64,000 nt of DNA from Nitrospinales bacterium (lineage in GTDB: Bacteria; Nitrospinota; Nitrospinia; Nitrospinales; VA-1): contig CBDCWG010000012.1 of the NCBI GenBank assembly GCA_965223345.1, positions 2,656,001-2,720,000 of the forward strand. The letters are read 5' to 3'. Both the position numbers and the translations under genes were made by a program. The notes beneath the pieces were generated by a model. The model made no database searches, was not told where the DNA came from, and worked only from the letters and a program-made list of their open reading frames with translations. Shown piece after piece: positions 11,522 through 21,061 of this stretch (positions are counted from its first letter, which is position 1; the number at the start of each line of letters is the position of its first letter).

Positions 11522-13843
11522 TCAGGAATCTTTGGATTTGATGGGGATGATGATCGGAATCTTGAGGGGTTCCCCGACGGAAAGGTTGTTGATGTCCTTA
11601 TCGGGATTGTAGGTGCTCAACAGCCAGAAGGGGATGAAGTACATGTCGTTGCAGATTTCCCACAGGGTCTCGCCCTTGCGCACTTCCCGCACCACCAGTT
11701 TGCTGACCTTGAAGTTGCTGAAAAAGTCATCCTGAATGGCTTTGTGGAATTCCTGCCGGCGCTCGTCGAACTTTTCCGGGTCGGTGTTGGTCATGGGGAC
11801 CAGGATCTTGGTGTGTACGGGAATGTGGGAGCGGCGGCGGATCTTGTTGATGCGGCGCAGCTTGCGCAACGAATATTGCGCCCATTCGGCGTAGTGGCTC
11901 AGCGTTTCGTCGAAATCCACGGTGATGACGCCCATGCGCGATGCTTCGTGTTCCTTGTTCTTGAACGCCACCGGCAAAAAGGCCGGGCGGTTGGTGTTCA
12001 TCTGATATGCGGGGACGGTCGCCTTGGCGAGCTGCACCTTCACTCCCGGTTCGAGATCGCCCGCCGAGTCGCTGACCACGGGGGCCTCTCCCTTCAACTG
12101 GGCGGTGGTCAATGCCGATTCTTCCAGTTTGCTTTTGACCTTCTTCTTCTTGGTCGATTTCACCGGAACCGGCAGGGTTTTTTTGGTTTTCGGAGGCACG
12201 GGCGTGCTCGCCGGCGGAACGGGATCGGCCTTGGCCAGAACCACAGGTTTGGCGGCTTTGACGGGATCCGGAACCTTGAGAATCTGACCGGGATAGATGG
12301 AATTGGCCCGTTTGATGCCGTTCAATCGCGCCAGTGTGTAGGGTTTGGTCTTGAACCGTTTGGCGATTTTGGTCAGGTTGTCGTGACGGCGCACGCGGTA
12401 CCTGCCGGTTTCCAAAGGCTGCTCGACCTGCTTTTGCAGCTTGGGCGACGCTTTCACGGTGAGAATGTTCGACCGCCTGGATTTTCTCGCCGGCGGAACC
12501 CGCAGCACTTTGCCGACATAAATGCGGTTTCTGCGGCCGATCTGGTTGAGCTGCTTCATCTCCCGCACCGACGTTCCGAAGCGCAGCGCCAGGCCGGACA
12601 GCGTGTCTCCCCGCTGCACGGTGTACCACTTGGAGCGGATCTGCGAGCCGAATTTCTCCGAAGTGGAGATCTTCTGGTAAAATGGCGCGAGGTCGTCGAA
12701 ACGCCGGGCCGGCGCCTGGAACACGAATCCTCGGGGAATGCGTTTCTGCCCGGAGATCACCGGTTTTCTCAGTGCGGGGTTGTATTTTGCCACTTCCTGC
12801 CGGGTCATGTCGAAGTGCCGCATGATCGAGCTGATGTGAACGTAATCGTCGAAGCGGATGGAAACGTGCCGGATCGGCGTTTCCTTTCTCAGGTTGGGAA
12901 AGTATTTATTCTCGTTGCGAACGACGTGCAGGGCCGCCAGAAATTCGGCGTAAAAGTTTCTCGATGCAAAGCCGAAGGTGCGGCTGCGGTATTTTTTGAT
13001 GATCTTGACGATGTCGTCGCCGTGCCGTTTCTTGGCGCGCGCCATGCCGCGGGTGCCGTGGTTGTAGGCGGTGATCGCCAGCGGCCAGCTTCGCAGCCGT
13101 TCGTAGTTGCTGCGCAGCAGTTTGGCGGCGGCGTGGGTGGACATGATCGGGTCGCGCCGCTCGTCCACATCGTATTTGACGCGCATGAACAGCCTGCCGG
13201 TACCGCGGGTGAACTGCCAGATGCCCGCCGCTCCCGCGCTGGAATAGGCGTTTTCCTGAAACGAGGACTCCACGTGCGGCAGCACGCTGAGTTCGACGGG
13301 CAGATCCTGAGCCTTGAAGATATCCCAGATCTGGTCCATGTATTTGCCGGAGCGGATGAGACCGCCTTCAAACCGGTCCTTTTGCCCGATCTGGCTGCGG
13401 ATCACGCGGGCGGCGCGGTAAAAGCCGTTCTTCACCAGGTCGTGGACGCGTTTTTCCTCTCCGGTCAGAAAGGCGCGGTTTTTCTTTTTCGCCAGCTTTC
13501 TGAGGATGGTCTTGTATTTGGATTTGATTTTTCTCAGCTTCCGGTCCCGGGACCGGCGCGACTTGTTGCTGCCCAGATACACCACTTCGTAGATGATCTC
13601 GACGTTGTCGGCATCGTGAATGACGGCGTAGTCGGTGGTGTATTTGGAGTAGATGTCGATCCAGAAATTGACCTGCGGTTCCAGACCCTGAGGTGTGGGA
13701 AATCCGTAGTCGTAAAGAGACGGGCCGTATTTTGCCGCGTTGTAACCGGGAAGACTGGCGGACGCCGGATGCGAAAGGGTTCCGGTGACGGCAAACAGGA
13801 CAAAAAACAGCAGTGCGCGGAGTTTGAACGAGATCTTTGCCAA
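11522..13843 (-). CDS. LysM-containing lytic murein transglycosylase (MltD-like)
   Basis: SLT motifs PHVESSF, AAGIWQF and AITAYNHG; several LysM repeats (VQRGDTLS, VRRHDNLTKIA, VRKGETLW); TTG 13843 follows an AAAGGA RBS. Confidence 0.92.
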   Translation of the reverse strand: MAKISFKLRALLFFVLFAVTGTLSHPASASLPGYNAAKYGPSLYDYGFPTPQGLEPQVNFWIDIYSKYTTDYAVIHDADNVEIIYEVVYLGSNKSRRSRDRKLRKIKSKYKTILRKLAKKKNRAFLTGEEKRVHDLVKNGFYRAARVIRSQIGQKDRFEGGLIRSGKYMDQIWDIFKAQDLPVELSVLPHVESSFQENAYSSAGAAGIWQFTRGTGRLFMRVKYDVDERRDPIMSTHAAAKLLRSNYERLRSWPLAITAYNHGTRGMARAKKRHGDDIVKIIKKYRSRTFGFASRNFYAEFLAALHVVRNENKYFPNLRKETPIRHVSIRFDDYVHISSIMRHFDMTRQEVAKYNPALRKPVISGQKRIPRGFVFQAPARRFDDLAPFYQKISTSEKFGSQIRSKWYTVQRGDTLSGLALRFGTSVREMKQLNQIGRRNRIYVGKVLRVPPARKSRRSNILTVKASPKLQKQVEQPLETGRYRVRRHDNLTKIAKRFKTKPYTLARLNGIKRANSIYPGQILKVPDPVKAAKPVVLAKADPVPPASTPVPPKTKKTLPVPVKSTKKKKVKSKLEESALTTAQLKGEAPVVSDSAGDLEPGVKVQLAKATVPAYQMNTNRPAFLPVAFKNKEHEASRMGVITVDFDETLSHYAEWAQYSLRKLRRINKIRRRSHIPVHTKILVPMTNTDPEKFDERRQEFHKAIQDDFFSNFKVSKLVVREVRKGETLWEICNDMYFIPFWLLSTYNPDKDINNLSVGEPLKIPIIIPIKSKDS

Positions 13844-14077
13844 CGGAATCTTCCTTTGCTTAATAATTAGAGGATTTTGACCGCCTGGGCGTTGTTTATG
13901 GGGGCGGCTGTGGCAAAGATGAGCCGGTTGACCGTGGGTGAATCCGCCCTGCTCCACAAGCGCTGAAAACTTGTAAAGCCTTTATTTTTAAAAGGATAAC
14001 AAAGCATCGTCGTGCCCGTCAAGATAAACTTTCGTGCCATTTCGCAGCCCCGATAAATTCCCTTGAATTACCGGTAT

Positions 14078-14386
14078 TTAACCGCTCTCCGGGGGTTGCC
14101 CGGATGTGGGGTATTCCTGGTTCAGCTTGTAGACAAATGCCAGTAATTCCGCCACTACCTGATAGACCGCTGCGGGAATTTCCTGATTTATATCCACTTG
14201 GGCCAGAATCTGCACCAGGTCCGCATCCTCTTTTATCGGGATGTTGTTTTCGAATGCCAGGGAGATCATCCGCTCCGCCAGCAGTCCCTCGCCTTTGGCG
14301 GTGACTTTGGGAGCCCGGCCCTGCGCCGGATCGTATTTCAGCGAGACCGCGGATTTTTTTGCGCCTGTGTTTTGCGGGGTTTCCAT
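14078..14386 (-). CDS. Stand-alone FlhB C-terminal domain protein (EscU/YscU/HrcU family)
   Basis: AVSLKYD...APKVTAKGEG...IP...YQVVAELLAFVY. Confidence 0.92.
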   Translation of the reverse strand: METPQNTGAKKSAVSLKYDPAQGRAPKVTAKGEGLLAERMISLAFENNIPIKEDADLVQILAQVDINQEIPAAVYQVVAELLAFVYKLNQEYPTSGQPPESG

Positions 14387-14447
14387 GCCGGAGGCTGCGT
14401 CCTTGCGATTGTGAGCCTGAATGGGTCAGGGATTTTAAATTAAAGGT

Positions 14448-15824
14448 TCAGGTGCGGATGTCCACCAGCCGCGAGGGGTCCCCGATCAATGCCTGGGGAA
14501 AATCCTCATCCACAGGCAGCGACACGTTTTCCCGCACCTGGCTGGTCAGCGTCGCCTTGAAACCCAGTTCGGCCATTTGGGCGCTGAATTGTTCCGGTCT
14601 CTGGTTGATGTAGCGCGCCACGTCCGGGTTTTCGGTGAATATGGTGACCGCAAGGCCTTCCGCGTCCACGCGGCTGTCCACCCGCAGGTTCCCGAGTGCC
14701 GAGAGGTCCAGCAGAAAAACCAGGTTGAAGTGTTTTTTGGCGTTGCGGCCCTGGCCCTCCCCGTCTCCGGCCGGCCTGAGATACAGCTTGATCGTCGGGT
14801 CGCCGTGCGCGAACGGATTGGGAATCTGCAAGAGCAGCGGCTGATTTTCCTGCCGGGCGTACTGATTGGAAAGCTGGTTGAGCTCGATGCTGTCCACCGC
14901 TTTCTGCAAAAGAGCCCGGGTGTCCGGATGCAGGTTCGGGGCCGCCGGGTCTTCCACCTGGGCGCCGGCGGTTTGTTGGGGCAGTGATCGCAGCAGCTGC
15001 AGCAGGCGGCCCTTCAGGTTGCCCGCCAGTTCGGCGCGGTTTTCGGCGGTCAGTCCCCGCTCCAGCGCGTGTTTCAGCCGGGCTTCGTAATCCAGCCCGG
15101 AGCGTTCGATCTGCGCTTTCAGCTGCGCGGCGTCCGGGACCCGGCCGCTGCCGGGCAGCAGTTCCTGCACGGTCTGCTTCAGACCGTTCGCCGCTTTGGG
15201 AGCCAGCTCCGCCAGCCGCGACCACTGGCCGGGATCGAAATTCGCCAGACGGGCGAGCAGTTCGCCCAGGGGTTTCAGAGAAGGCAGGTACGGCTTCAAC
15301 TGGCCGGGCGTCACCTGCTGAAGCACCGGGCCGGGGCTTTGCACGAGAAAATACAGCGGGCCGGGCTGCCGGGCGCCCGCCACGGTGACGGGCAGCGACT
15401 GGCCGGGTTTCAGCGTTCGCGCGCCGTCCGTGTGGACGACGACGTTCTTCTGCTGGATACGGGTGATGACCGTGGTTTCGTCGAGTACCCGGGCGATCGG
15501 CACGCGCAGGGTCTGGCCTTCTTTCAGGTTGAGGTTCCTGAGGTCGGTCTGCGTGAGCGCGCTGGCGGTGGCGTTGCCTTGCGGGCGCAGCCGGGTGCTG
15601 ACGGAATCCGTTTGCGTCTGCGATGCCGCCTGGGATGTTGTGGATTGCGGGCCGCCGTCGAGGACCTTCAACACGGTGGCGGGATGCGTGGTCTCGACGC
15701 GGACGGTGAGGGCCTGGTTTTTCGCCGGTTGGTTTTGCAGATCGACGGGGACCTTGTGCCCGTTGAAGTTGATCAGCACGCCGCCTTCGGGCAGGTTTTT
15801 CAGCACCACCCCGGACAGGATCAT
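14448..15824 (-). CDS. FliK-like flagellar hook-length control protein
   Basis: C-terminal LVFLLDLSALGNLRVD and internal SGLDYEARL; adjacent to the FlhB-domain gene; true start may be further upstream (about 15917). Confidence 0.75.
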   Translation of the reverse strand: MILSGVVLKNLPEGGVLINFNGHKVPVDLQNQPAKNQALTVRVETTHPATVLKVLDGGPQSTTSQAASQTQTDSVSTRLRPQGNATASALTQTDLRNLNLKEGQTLRVPIARVLDETTVITRIQQKNVVVHTDGARTLKPGQSLPVTVAGARQPGPLYFLVQSPGPVLQQVTPGQLKPYLPSLKPLGELLARLANFDPGQWSRLAELAPKAANGLKQTVQELLPGSGRVPDAAQLKAQIERSGLDYEARLKHALERGLTAENRAELAGNLKGRLLQLLRSLPQQTAGAQVEDPAAPNLHPDTRALLQKAVDSIELNQLSNQYARQENQPLLLQIPNPFAHGDPTIKLYLRPAGDGEGQGRNAKKHFNLVFLLDLSALGNLRVDSRVDAEGLAVTIFTENPDVARYINQRPEQFSAQMAELGFKATLTSQVRENVSLPVDEDFPQALIGDPSRLVDIRT

Positions 15825-15955
15825 CCCCGGCCGCAGCCGCTGGATGAAACGCGCCGCCGACGCCGCATCGCCGGAGCCGGACAGGATTTTGAGGAAGTTT
15901 TCAGGAATCGAGTCGATGGGGAGGGCCTCCCTGCCCTAGACAATTGCCGCTGGAA

Positions 15956-16426
15956 TCATTTGCGTAAACTGAGAGTGAGCTCGACTTCCCCCACCGGGAT
16001 CTGCACCTTGCGGGCGATTTCCTGGGAGTTCAACCCCTGGGACGCCAGCGCCACGACCTGGGAATACTTGTCGTCCTGCGGCGTTTCCGCTTTGCGGCTG
16101 CTCACCGCTGCGGGCACCGCGGTGGCGCGTGGAGCCGGCATTTCCGCCAGCAGGTTTTGCAGCGCCTGGATCTTGCGGTTCAACTCGCCGGAAATTTCCG
16201 CCGCCGAAGCCTGCTTGCGTTCGATGTCCTCATTGATCTTTTCCGAAACCTTCAGGGCTTCCTCGACGGACTGGTTCAACGAAAGGATCAGGTATTGCCA
16301 GTCCATTCCGTTTTCCTTGCCGGTATCGTTTTTTTTCTCCAGCCTGCCGAGCCGCATCATGCAGTACACCAATCCCGCAAGCAGGATCAGGTTCAAACCG
16401 GTCTGAATGAGGGTCCAGGAATCCAT
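15956..16426 (-). CDS. DUF2802/DUF6115-like membrane protein
   Basis: N-terminal TM, coiled coil and C-terminal GLNSQEIARKVQIPVGEVELTLSL. Confidence 0.75.
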   Translation of the reverse strand: MDSWTLIQTGLNLILLAGLVYCMMRLGRLEKKNDTGKENGMDWQYLILSLNQSVEEALKVSEKINEDIERKQASAAEISGELNRKIQALQNLLAEMPAPRATAVPAAVSSRKAETPQDDKYSQVVALASQGLNSQEIARKVQIPVGEVELTLSLRK

Positions 16427-16439
16427 GTGAAAAACCGGG

Positions 16440-16751
16440 TCAGATGACCACGTCGATCGTTTCCCCCTGATTGCCCCGTATGCGTGCGGGCGGGGTCTCC
16501 GGAGCCTTGGGTTTCGCGTTGCGTTTTTTTCTGTGTCCGGGGCCCTTTGCGTCGGGGTCGGTGGCGTTGGCAGCGGCGCCGGATTTCGCGTTCTGGACGG
16601 ATTTGCGTTTCAGTTCGTCGGCGATTTTCCGTTCTTCATCGAGGTGATGCGCGCTGGTGTTGGGCAGTTGTTGCATCGTCTGCTGCAGTTTTTCGGCATG
16701 CGTCCCCATCTGCAGCACTTGCTGGATATTGACTGGAGGCACCGTTGACAT
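16440..16751 (-). CDS. Hypothetical protein, first gene of the fliK-like cluster
   Basis: 103 aa ORF with AAGG RBS, co-oriented and tightly spaced with the downstream genes. Confidence 0.7.
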   Translation of the reverse strand: MSTVPPVNIQQVLQMGTHAEKLQQTMQQLPNTSAHHLDEERKIADELKRKSVQNAKSGAAANATDPDAKGPGHRKKRNAKPKAPETPPARIRGNQGETIDVVI

Positions 16752-17149
16752 GATTTTTACCTTTTTAGATAGGTTTTCCTAAATATTTTAACGAATTACG
16801 CGGGAAATTACCAAGATTTAAGAGGGCCGGAATCCGTTCCGCTCCCGATGTTTTTCGCATCGGCTGCACACCGGGATTACTTGATGCCAATCTGAGGTTT
16901 GCGGCCGTTTTGTGGGTAAAAAGCCCCGGGTTTTCAAAGGATTTGCTGGCAGCCGCGGCGGGGGACCCGGTTGGATGCCACAGCCTGGGATCTGAATTCA
17001 CTGTAAATTATAAAATAACAATGGGTTACTAGGTTGAAATTAATTGTAAAATGCATAAGCTGCTGATATATTGGGGTAAACCAAAAAAATTGCAACCCGT
17101 CGTCCCGGTGCTCGTTGCTTTTGCGGGGCGCTCCTGCCACAGGTCTGTT

Positions 17150-18361
17150 TTGAAGAACTTCGTATCGAACAGGAGAAAAATCCATCTGGCGGTTTGCGGC
17201 CTCGGCCTCAGCCTGTTCATCTTCGCTCTCGATCTTAGATTGCCTCTGGGAGTCGCCGGGGTGGTTCCTTATGTCGCGGTGGTGCTGCTCGGGCTGTTGA
17301 CCTCCGGCACCGGTTTCGTGATCGCGGCGGCGATCACGAGTTCTATCCTCACTTTGCTGGGGCTGCATCTCTCGCCGCCCGGCGGGGAATTCTGGCTGGT
17401 TTTTACCAACCGCATTCTGGCCATTTTCGCCATCTGGGTCACGGCGGGCCTGTGCCTGCTGCAGAAGCGCTACGAAAAAAAGCTGCTGGACAACCAGAAA
17501 CTGCTTGAGTCCCGGGTGGAGGAGAAGACGGAAGACGCCAAAAGGGCCATGCGCCATATGGCTATGGATGAAAAAAGGATCAAACAATACGCGGAGGATT
17601 TGATCCGCAGCAACCGCGAGCTGGATGAGTTCGCGTTCATCGTTTCCCACGATCTCAAGGAGCCGCTGCGCGGCATCTACAATTATTCGTCGTTCCTCAA
17701 GGAAGACTACGGCGACGTTCTCGATGCGGAGGGTTGCGCCAAACTGGACACGCTGCAGCGGCTGACCAGGCGCATGGAGGTTCTGATCAGCACGATTCTG
17801 CGTTACTCCCGTCTGGGCAAAAGCAAAGTCAGCATGAAGCCCGAGGATCTGAATGCGGTGGTGAAGGAGGCTTTGGACAATCTGGGTTCCCGGCTGAGTG
17901 AATCGAACGCCGAGGTGCGCTTTGAGGAAAATCTGCCGGAAGTGGTCTGCAACCGGGTGCAGATGGTGGAAGTGTTTCAGAACCTGATCGCCAATGCGGT
18001 GCGGTACAACGACAAGCCGGAAAAACGCGTGGAGATCGGCATCCTGCGCAATCCCCTGCTAACGGAAGACAACACACGCGATCCGGATGTGTTCTACGTG
18101 CGCGACAACGGCATCGGTATCCAGGAGAAGCATTTTGAGTCCCTGTTCCAGATTTTCAAGCGACTGAACGGGAAAGAAAAATTCGGCGAGGGTACCGGAG
18201 CCGGGACCACGATCAGCAAGAAGATCATCGAGCAGCACGGCGGCCGGATCTGGCTGGAATCCACCGTCGGCAAAGGCACCACCTTCTATTTCACGCTGAG
18301 CGCAGAAAATCCGCAAAGCGCCGATCCGGCTCCTGCCGCCTCTGAAGAAGCGCTGGCGTAA
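17150..18361 (+). CDS. Membrane sensor histidine kinase (HisKA + HATPase_c)
   Basis: TM helices; H box SHDLKEPLR, N box NLIANAVRY, G1 DNGIGI, G2 GTGAG and GKGTTFYFTL; start uncertain (17051 or 17150). Confidence 0.93.
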   Translation: MKNFVSNRRKIHLAVCGLGLSLFIFALDLRLPLGVAGVVPYVAVVLLGLLTSGTGFVIAAAITSSILTLLGLHLSPPGGEFWLVFTNRILAIFAIWVTAGLCLLQKRYEKKLLDNQKLLESRVEEKTEDAKRAMRHMAMDEKRIKQYAEDLIRSNRELDEFAFIVSHDLKEPLRGIYNYSSFLKEDYGDVLDAEGCAKLDTLQRLTRRMEVLISTILRYSRLGKSKVSMKPEDLNAVVKEALDNLGSRLSESNAEVRFEENLPEVVCNRVQMVEVFQNLIANAVRYNDKPEKRVEIGILRNPLLTEDNTRDPDVFYVRDNGIGIQEKHFESLFQIFKRLNGKEKFGEGTGAGTTISKKIIEQHGGRIWLESTVGKGTTFYFTLSAENPQSADPAPAASEEALA

Positions 18362-18411
18362 ACAACCGCAGCCTCCCTGCGCCGTGTTGCGCCTGCGTCA
18401 CGCGTCCCCCG

Positions 18412-18780
18412 CTAGGAGCAGGGATATTCCTTTTTCAGCGAATCGACGATCAGCCGGGGGGAATCCTTCGCAAGGTTTTCCGGGTCCTTTTTGATGTGAG
18501 CGATGATGCTGTCTCTGGCCTGGAAGTAGCTCACTTTTTTATCCATGATGCAGATGCTTTTTTTGTGTGCGTTGGCGATGGAGGACATCAGAAGGGTGTC
18601 GATGACGCCCATGATGTAGCCGGTGCAGGCTTCCTGATGGCCGATCACTTTGGACTCGCAGACCGCCAGCAGTTCCTTTCCCATTTGCAGGCTGCCCGAC
18701 TGGGCGGATGCTGCAAAAGAAACCATGAGGAATGCGGCGCCAACGAGGATTCCTGCTAAGGTTTTTTTGAAAAAATTCAT
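18412..18780 (-). CDS. Rap1a/Tai4-like immunity-family periplasmic protein
   Basis: Signal peptide; pattern G..LL..C...CTGYIMGVID...IC...YPC. Confidence 0.75.
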   Translation of the reverse strand: MNFFKKTLAGILVGAAFLMVSFAASAQSGSLQMGKELLAVCESKVIGHQEACTGYIMGVIDTLLMSSIANAHKKSICIMDKKVSYFQARDSIIAHIKKDPENLAKDSPRLIVDSLKKEYPCS

Positions 18781-18898
18781 CTATCCCTCCCCTTTCGTGA
18801 GTTTCTTTCTCCGGTTCTCTGCCATCCCGGAGAAATCCCGTTGATTTTAATGTACTCCGGTTTTCTTCTCCTGTAAATGAGCGGCTTGGTTCCATTCA

Positions 18899-19465
18899 TC
18901 ATGGCACAGCGTTGCCGGGCTGTGCAGGGGAAACGGGCTTGTCCGGCTCCGGCTGGCGTCCGGTTTTTTGCAGCGTGTCGGCGTAGATTTCCCGGATGTG
19001 GAGCACCAGCGGGTCCTCCGGCCCCAGCGCTTCCTGCCAGATGGCCAGGGCGCGTTCATAAAGAGGCAGCGCTTCTTCATACTTTCCCAGGATCCGCCGG
19101 ATCTCGGCCAGGTTGTTCAGGCTCGCCGCCACATTGGGGTGGGTGGGCCCGAGGATTTTTTCGTCGAGCGCCAGCACGCGCTGGATGAAGCGCTCGGCTT
19201 CGGCGTATTTTTTCTCGGACTGGTAATAGCGGGCCAGCGTGTCGAGACTGCGGTGCAGGCGCGGGTCGTCCTCGGAGAACGTTTCCGCTTCTTTGAGCGC
19301 GTTCAAAAAATGCGCTTCGACCCGGCCGTGTTCCCCTTTCTCATGAGCTGTCCAGCCGGCCTGGTAGTGCTCTTCCCAACCCCAGTCCGGGAAAAAAGCG
19401 GTTTTGGCGTAGAGAATCGAGCCCACGACAGCCACGAAAATGGCGGCGGCTTTGGTCTTGGTCAT
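18899..19465 (-). CDS. TPR-repeat protein (kinesin-light-chain-like repeats)
   Basis: LGPTHPNVAASLNNLA...GKYEEALPLYERALAI repeats; N-terminal hydrophobic anchor. Confidence 0.9.
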   Translation of the reverse strand: MTKTKAAAIFVAVVGSILYAKTAFFPDWGWEEHYQAGWTAHEKGEHGRVEAHFLNALKEAETFSEDDPRLHRSLDTLARYYQSEKKYAEAERFIQRVLALDEKILGPTHPNVAASLNNLAEIRRILGKYEEALPLYERALAIWQEALGPEDPLVLHIREIYADTLQKTGRQPEPDKPVSPAQPGNAVP

Positions 19466-19486
19466 GGTTGCCTTTTATAACGGGTG

Positions 19487-20905
19487 TCAAGCCGGTCTGT
19501 CCACCCGCCTGCCTTCCAGATGCCAGTAGGCGTTCAAATCCTTCTGCACCAGCGCCAGAATGCCTCCCTGAACCCAGATGATCAGAATCTCGAACCACCA
19601 GTAAAACTGAAAGCCCGGCGGCAGCACTTTGCGCACCACACTCGATGCGAAAAACAGAACGACGATGAAAACGACGGTGAACGATCGTTGCAGTCTCTCA
19701 TTCAAAATACGCTTGACCGTGCGCAGAAGAAAAAACACGAAAACCGTTTCGATGACGGCCAGGGCCAACATGAAGGGGACGACGGCCCCGGAGTCCGCCG
19801 GTTTCTGGCCCAGGGCCTTGAGAACGGTGCCGAGCACGAAAAACGGCAGCACGGTCAGGACGAAAAAGCTCAGCGCCTGCAGCTCGGGGTTGACGTCGAT
19901 GTGTTTGTAGTTGCGAAACTCCCGGTAAATCCTGTGAAGCCAGAAATAAAGATACAGGCCGAAGGTCAATCCGTAGATCAGGAAAAACTGCATCACCGGT
20001 TGTCCTGTGGGCGGGATCTTGATCCGCTTCTTGAACCCCAGGCCGATCTCCGCGCACAGCAGCTCGCGGGTGGACATTTTTTCACCGGTCGCTTCCGCCG
20101 TCAGCACATCGTCCAGCTTCAGCCTTCCCTTGGCGAGCAGGTCGCGGATGTCCTTGAGGTACAACGGACCCCATTTTTCGCCTTTTTTCAAGATGGAAAA
20201 TTTTTTCAGGGAGGATTCGACATACATGGAATGCCGGGCCAGTTCCTTTTTGGCCCGCAGGCCCAGATAGATTCCCAGGACCACGATGGCGAACACCAGA
20301 TAGATCGCTCCGGCGCCATTGGAAAAGGCGGCGGTGTCGTACAGGCCATGCAGGACGATCACCAGAACCAGCCCGGCGGTCAGGTTTTGCACCGGATTGG
20401 CGCAGAATCGGGCCTTGCCCATGAAATAGCCCAGAATGACGCCGTCGAACGCGTGGCCGGGCACCGCGGTGAGCAGCCGCATGATGCCGACTTCATAGCC
20501 TCCGGGCAGAATGTACAGCAGGTTCTCGACCGTCGCGAACCCGCAGCCCAGCACGCCTCCGTAGACGATCCCGTCGAACGGCTCGCTGAACTCACGGTGG
20601 TCGTAGATGAAGCCTTTCAGGAACAGGAATTTGCACAGCTCTTCCGCCAGGGCCACGCCGAAAAAGGCGTAAAACGTCGTTTTCCACAGCGAGTGGGAGC
20701 CGTCGGAAAAAATGTCCTGCCAGCCGAAGAACTCGAGAAACTTCCCCTCAAAATAATGGGAGGGCAAACAGGCCAGCCCGCCCAGGAGGAAACTCAGCGC
20801 CACCAGATGCTTCGGTTCCGGCTCCCATTTGTCCGAGAAGTAAAGATAGACCCCGATGGCGATTCCCGGTCCCGCGGCCAGGTACAGTAGCTGTAAAATC
20901 TCCAT
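19487..20905 (-). CDS. PrsW-family intramembrane protease fused to GYF_2-like and DUF4234-like domains
   Basis: PrsW motifs EELCK, FATVEN, PGH and HGLYD, followed by KWGPLYLKDIRDLLAKGRL and LTFGLYLYFW. Confidence 0.88.
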   Translation of the reverse strand: MEILQLLYLAAGPGIAIGVYLYFSDKWEPEPKHLVALSFLLGGLACLPSHYFEGKFLEFFGWQDIFSDGSHSLWKTTFYAFFGVALAEELCKFLFLKGFIYDHREFSEPFDGIVYGGVLGCGFATVENLLYILPGGYEVGIMRLLTAVPGHAFDGVILGYFMGKARFCANPVQNLTAGLVLVIVLHGLYDTAAFSNGAGAIYLVFAIVVLGIYLGLRAKKELARHSMYVESSLKKFSILKKGEKWGPLYLKDIRDLLAKGRLKLDDVLTAEATGEKMSTRELLCAEIGLGFKKRIKIPPTGQPVMQFFLIYGLTFGLYLYFWLHRIYREFRNYKHIDVNPELQALSFFVLTVLPFFVLGTVLKALGQKPADSGAVVPFMLALAVIETVFVFFLLRTVKRILNERLQRSFTVVFIVVLFFASSVVRKVLPPGFQFYWWFEILIIWVQGGILALVQKDLNAYWHLEGRRVDRPA

Positions 20906-21061
20906 GTGTCGCTGCCTTTGCGGAGTGTTTCTGCGCCGTCCGGACGCGCGCGCAACCTTTGTACCATCATTTCAATGGAATTTTTGACTTTTTGCGTTGG
21001 TGGAGGGAGGTGGCGGACGAGGACGAGAGCCCGGCCGGGCGGCCGGACCCTCGATCGCGGT

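Noticed and set aside
11744..13870. 708-aa plus-strand ORF
   Set aside because: Antisense to the LysM transglycosylase
13998..14040. Two sigma54-like GGCAC motifs upstream of the MltD-like gene
   Set aside because: Spacing and the -12 element do not fit TGGCAC-N5-TTGC
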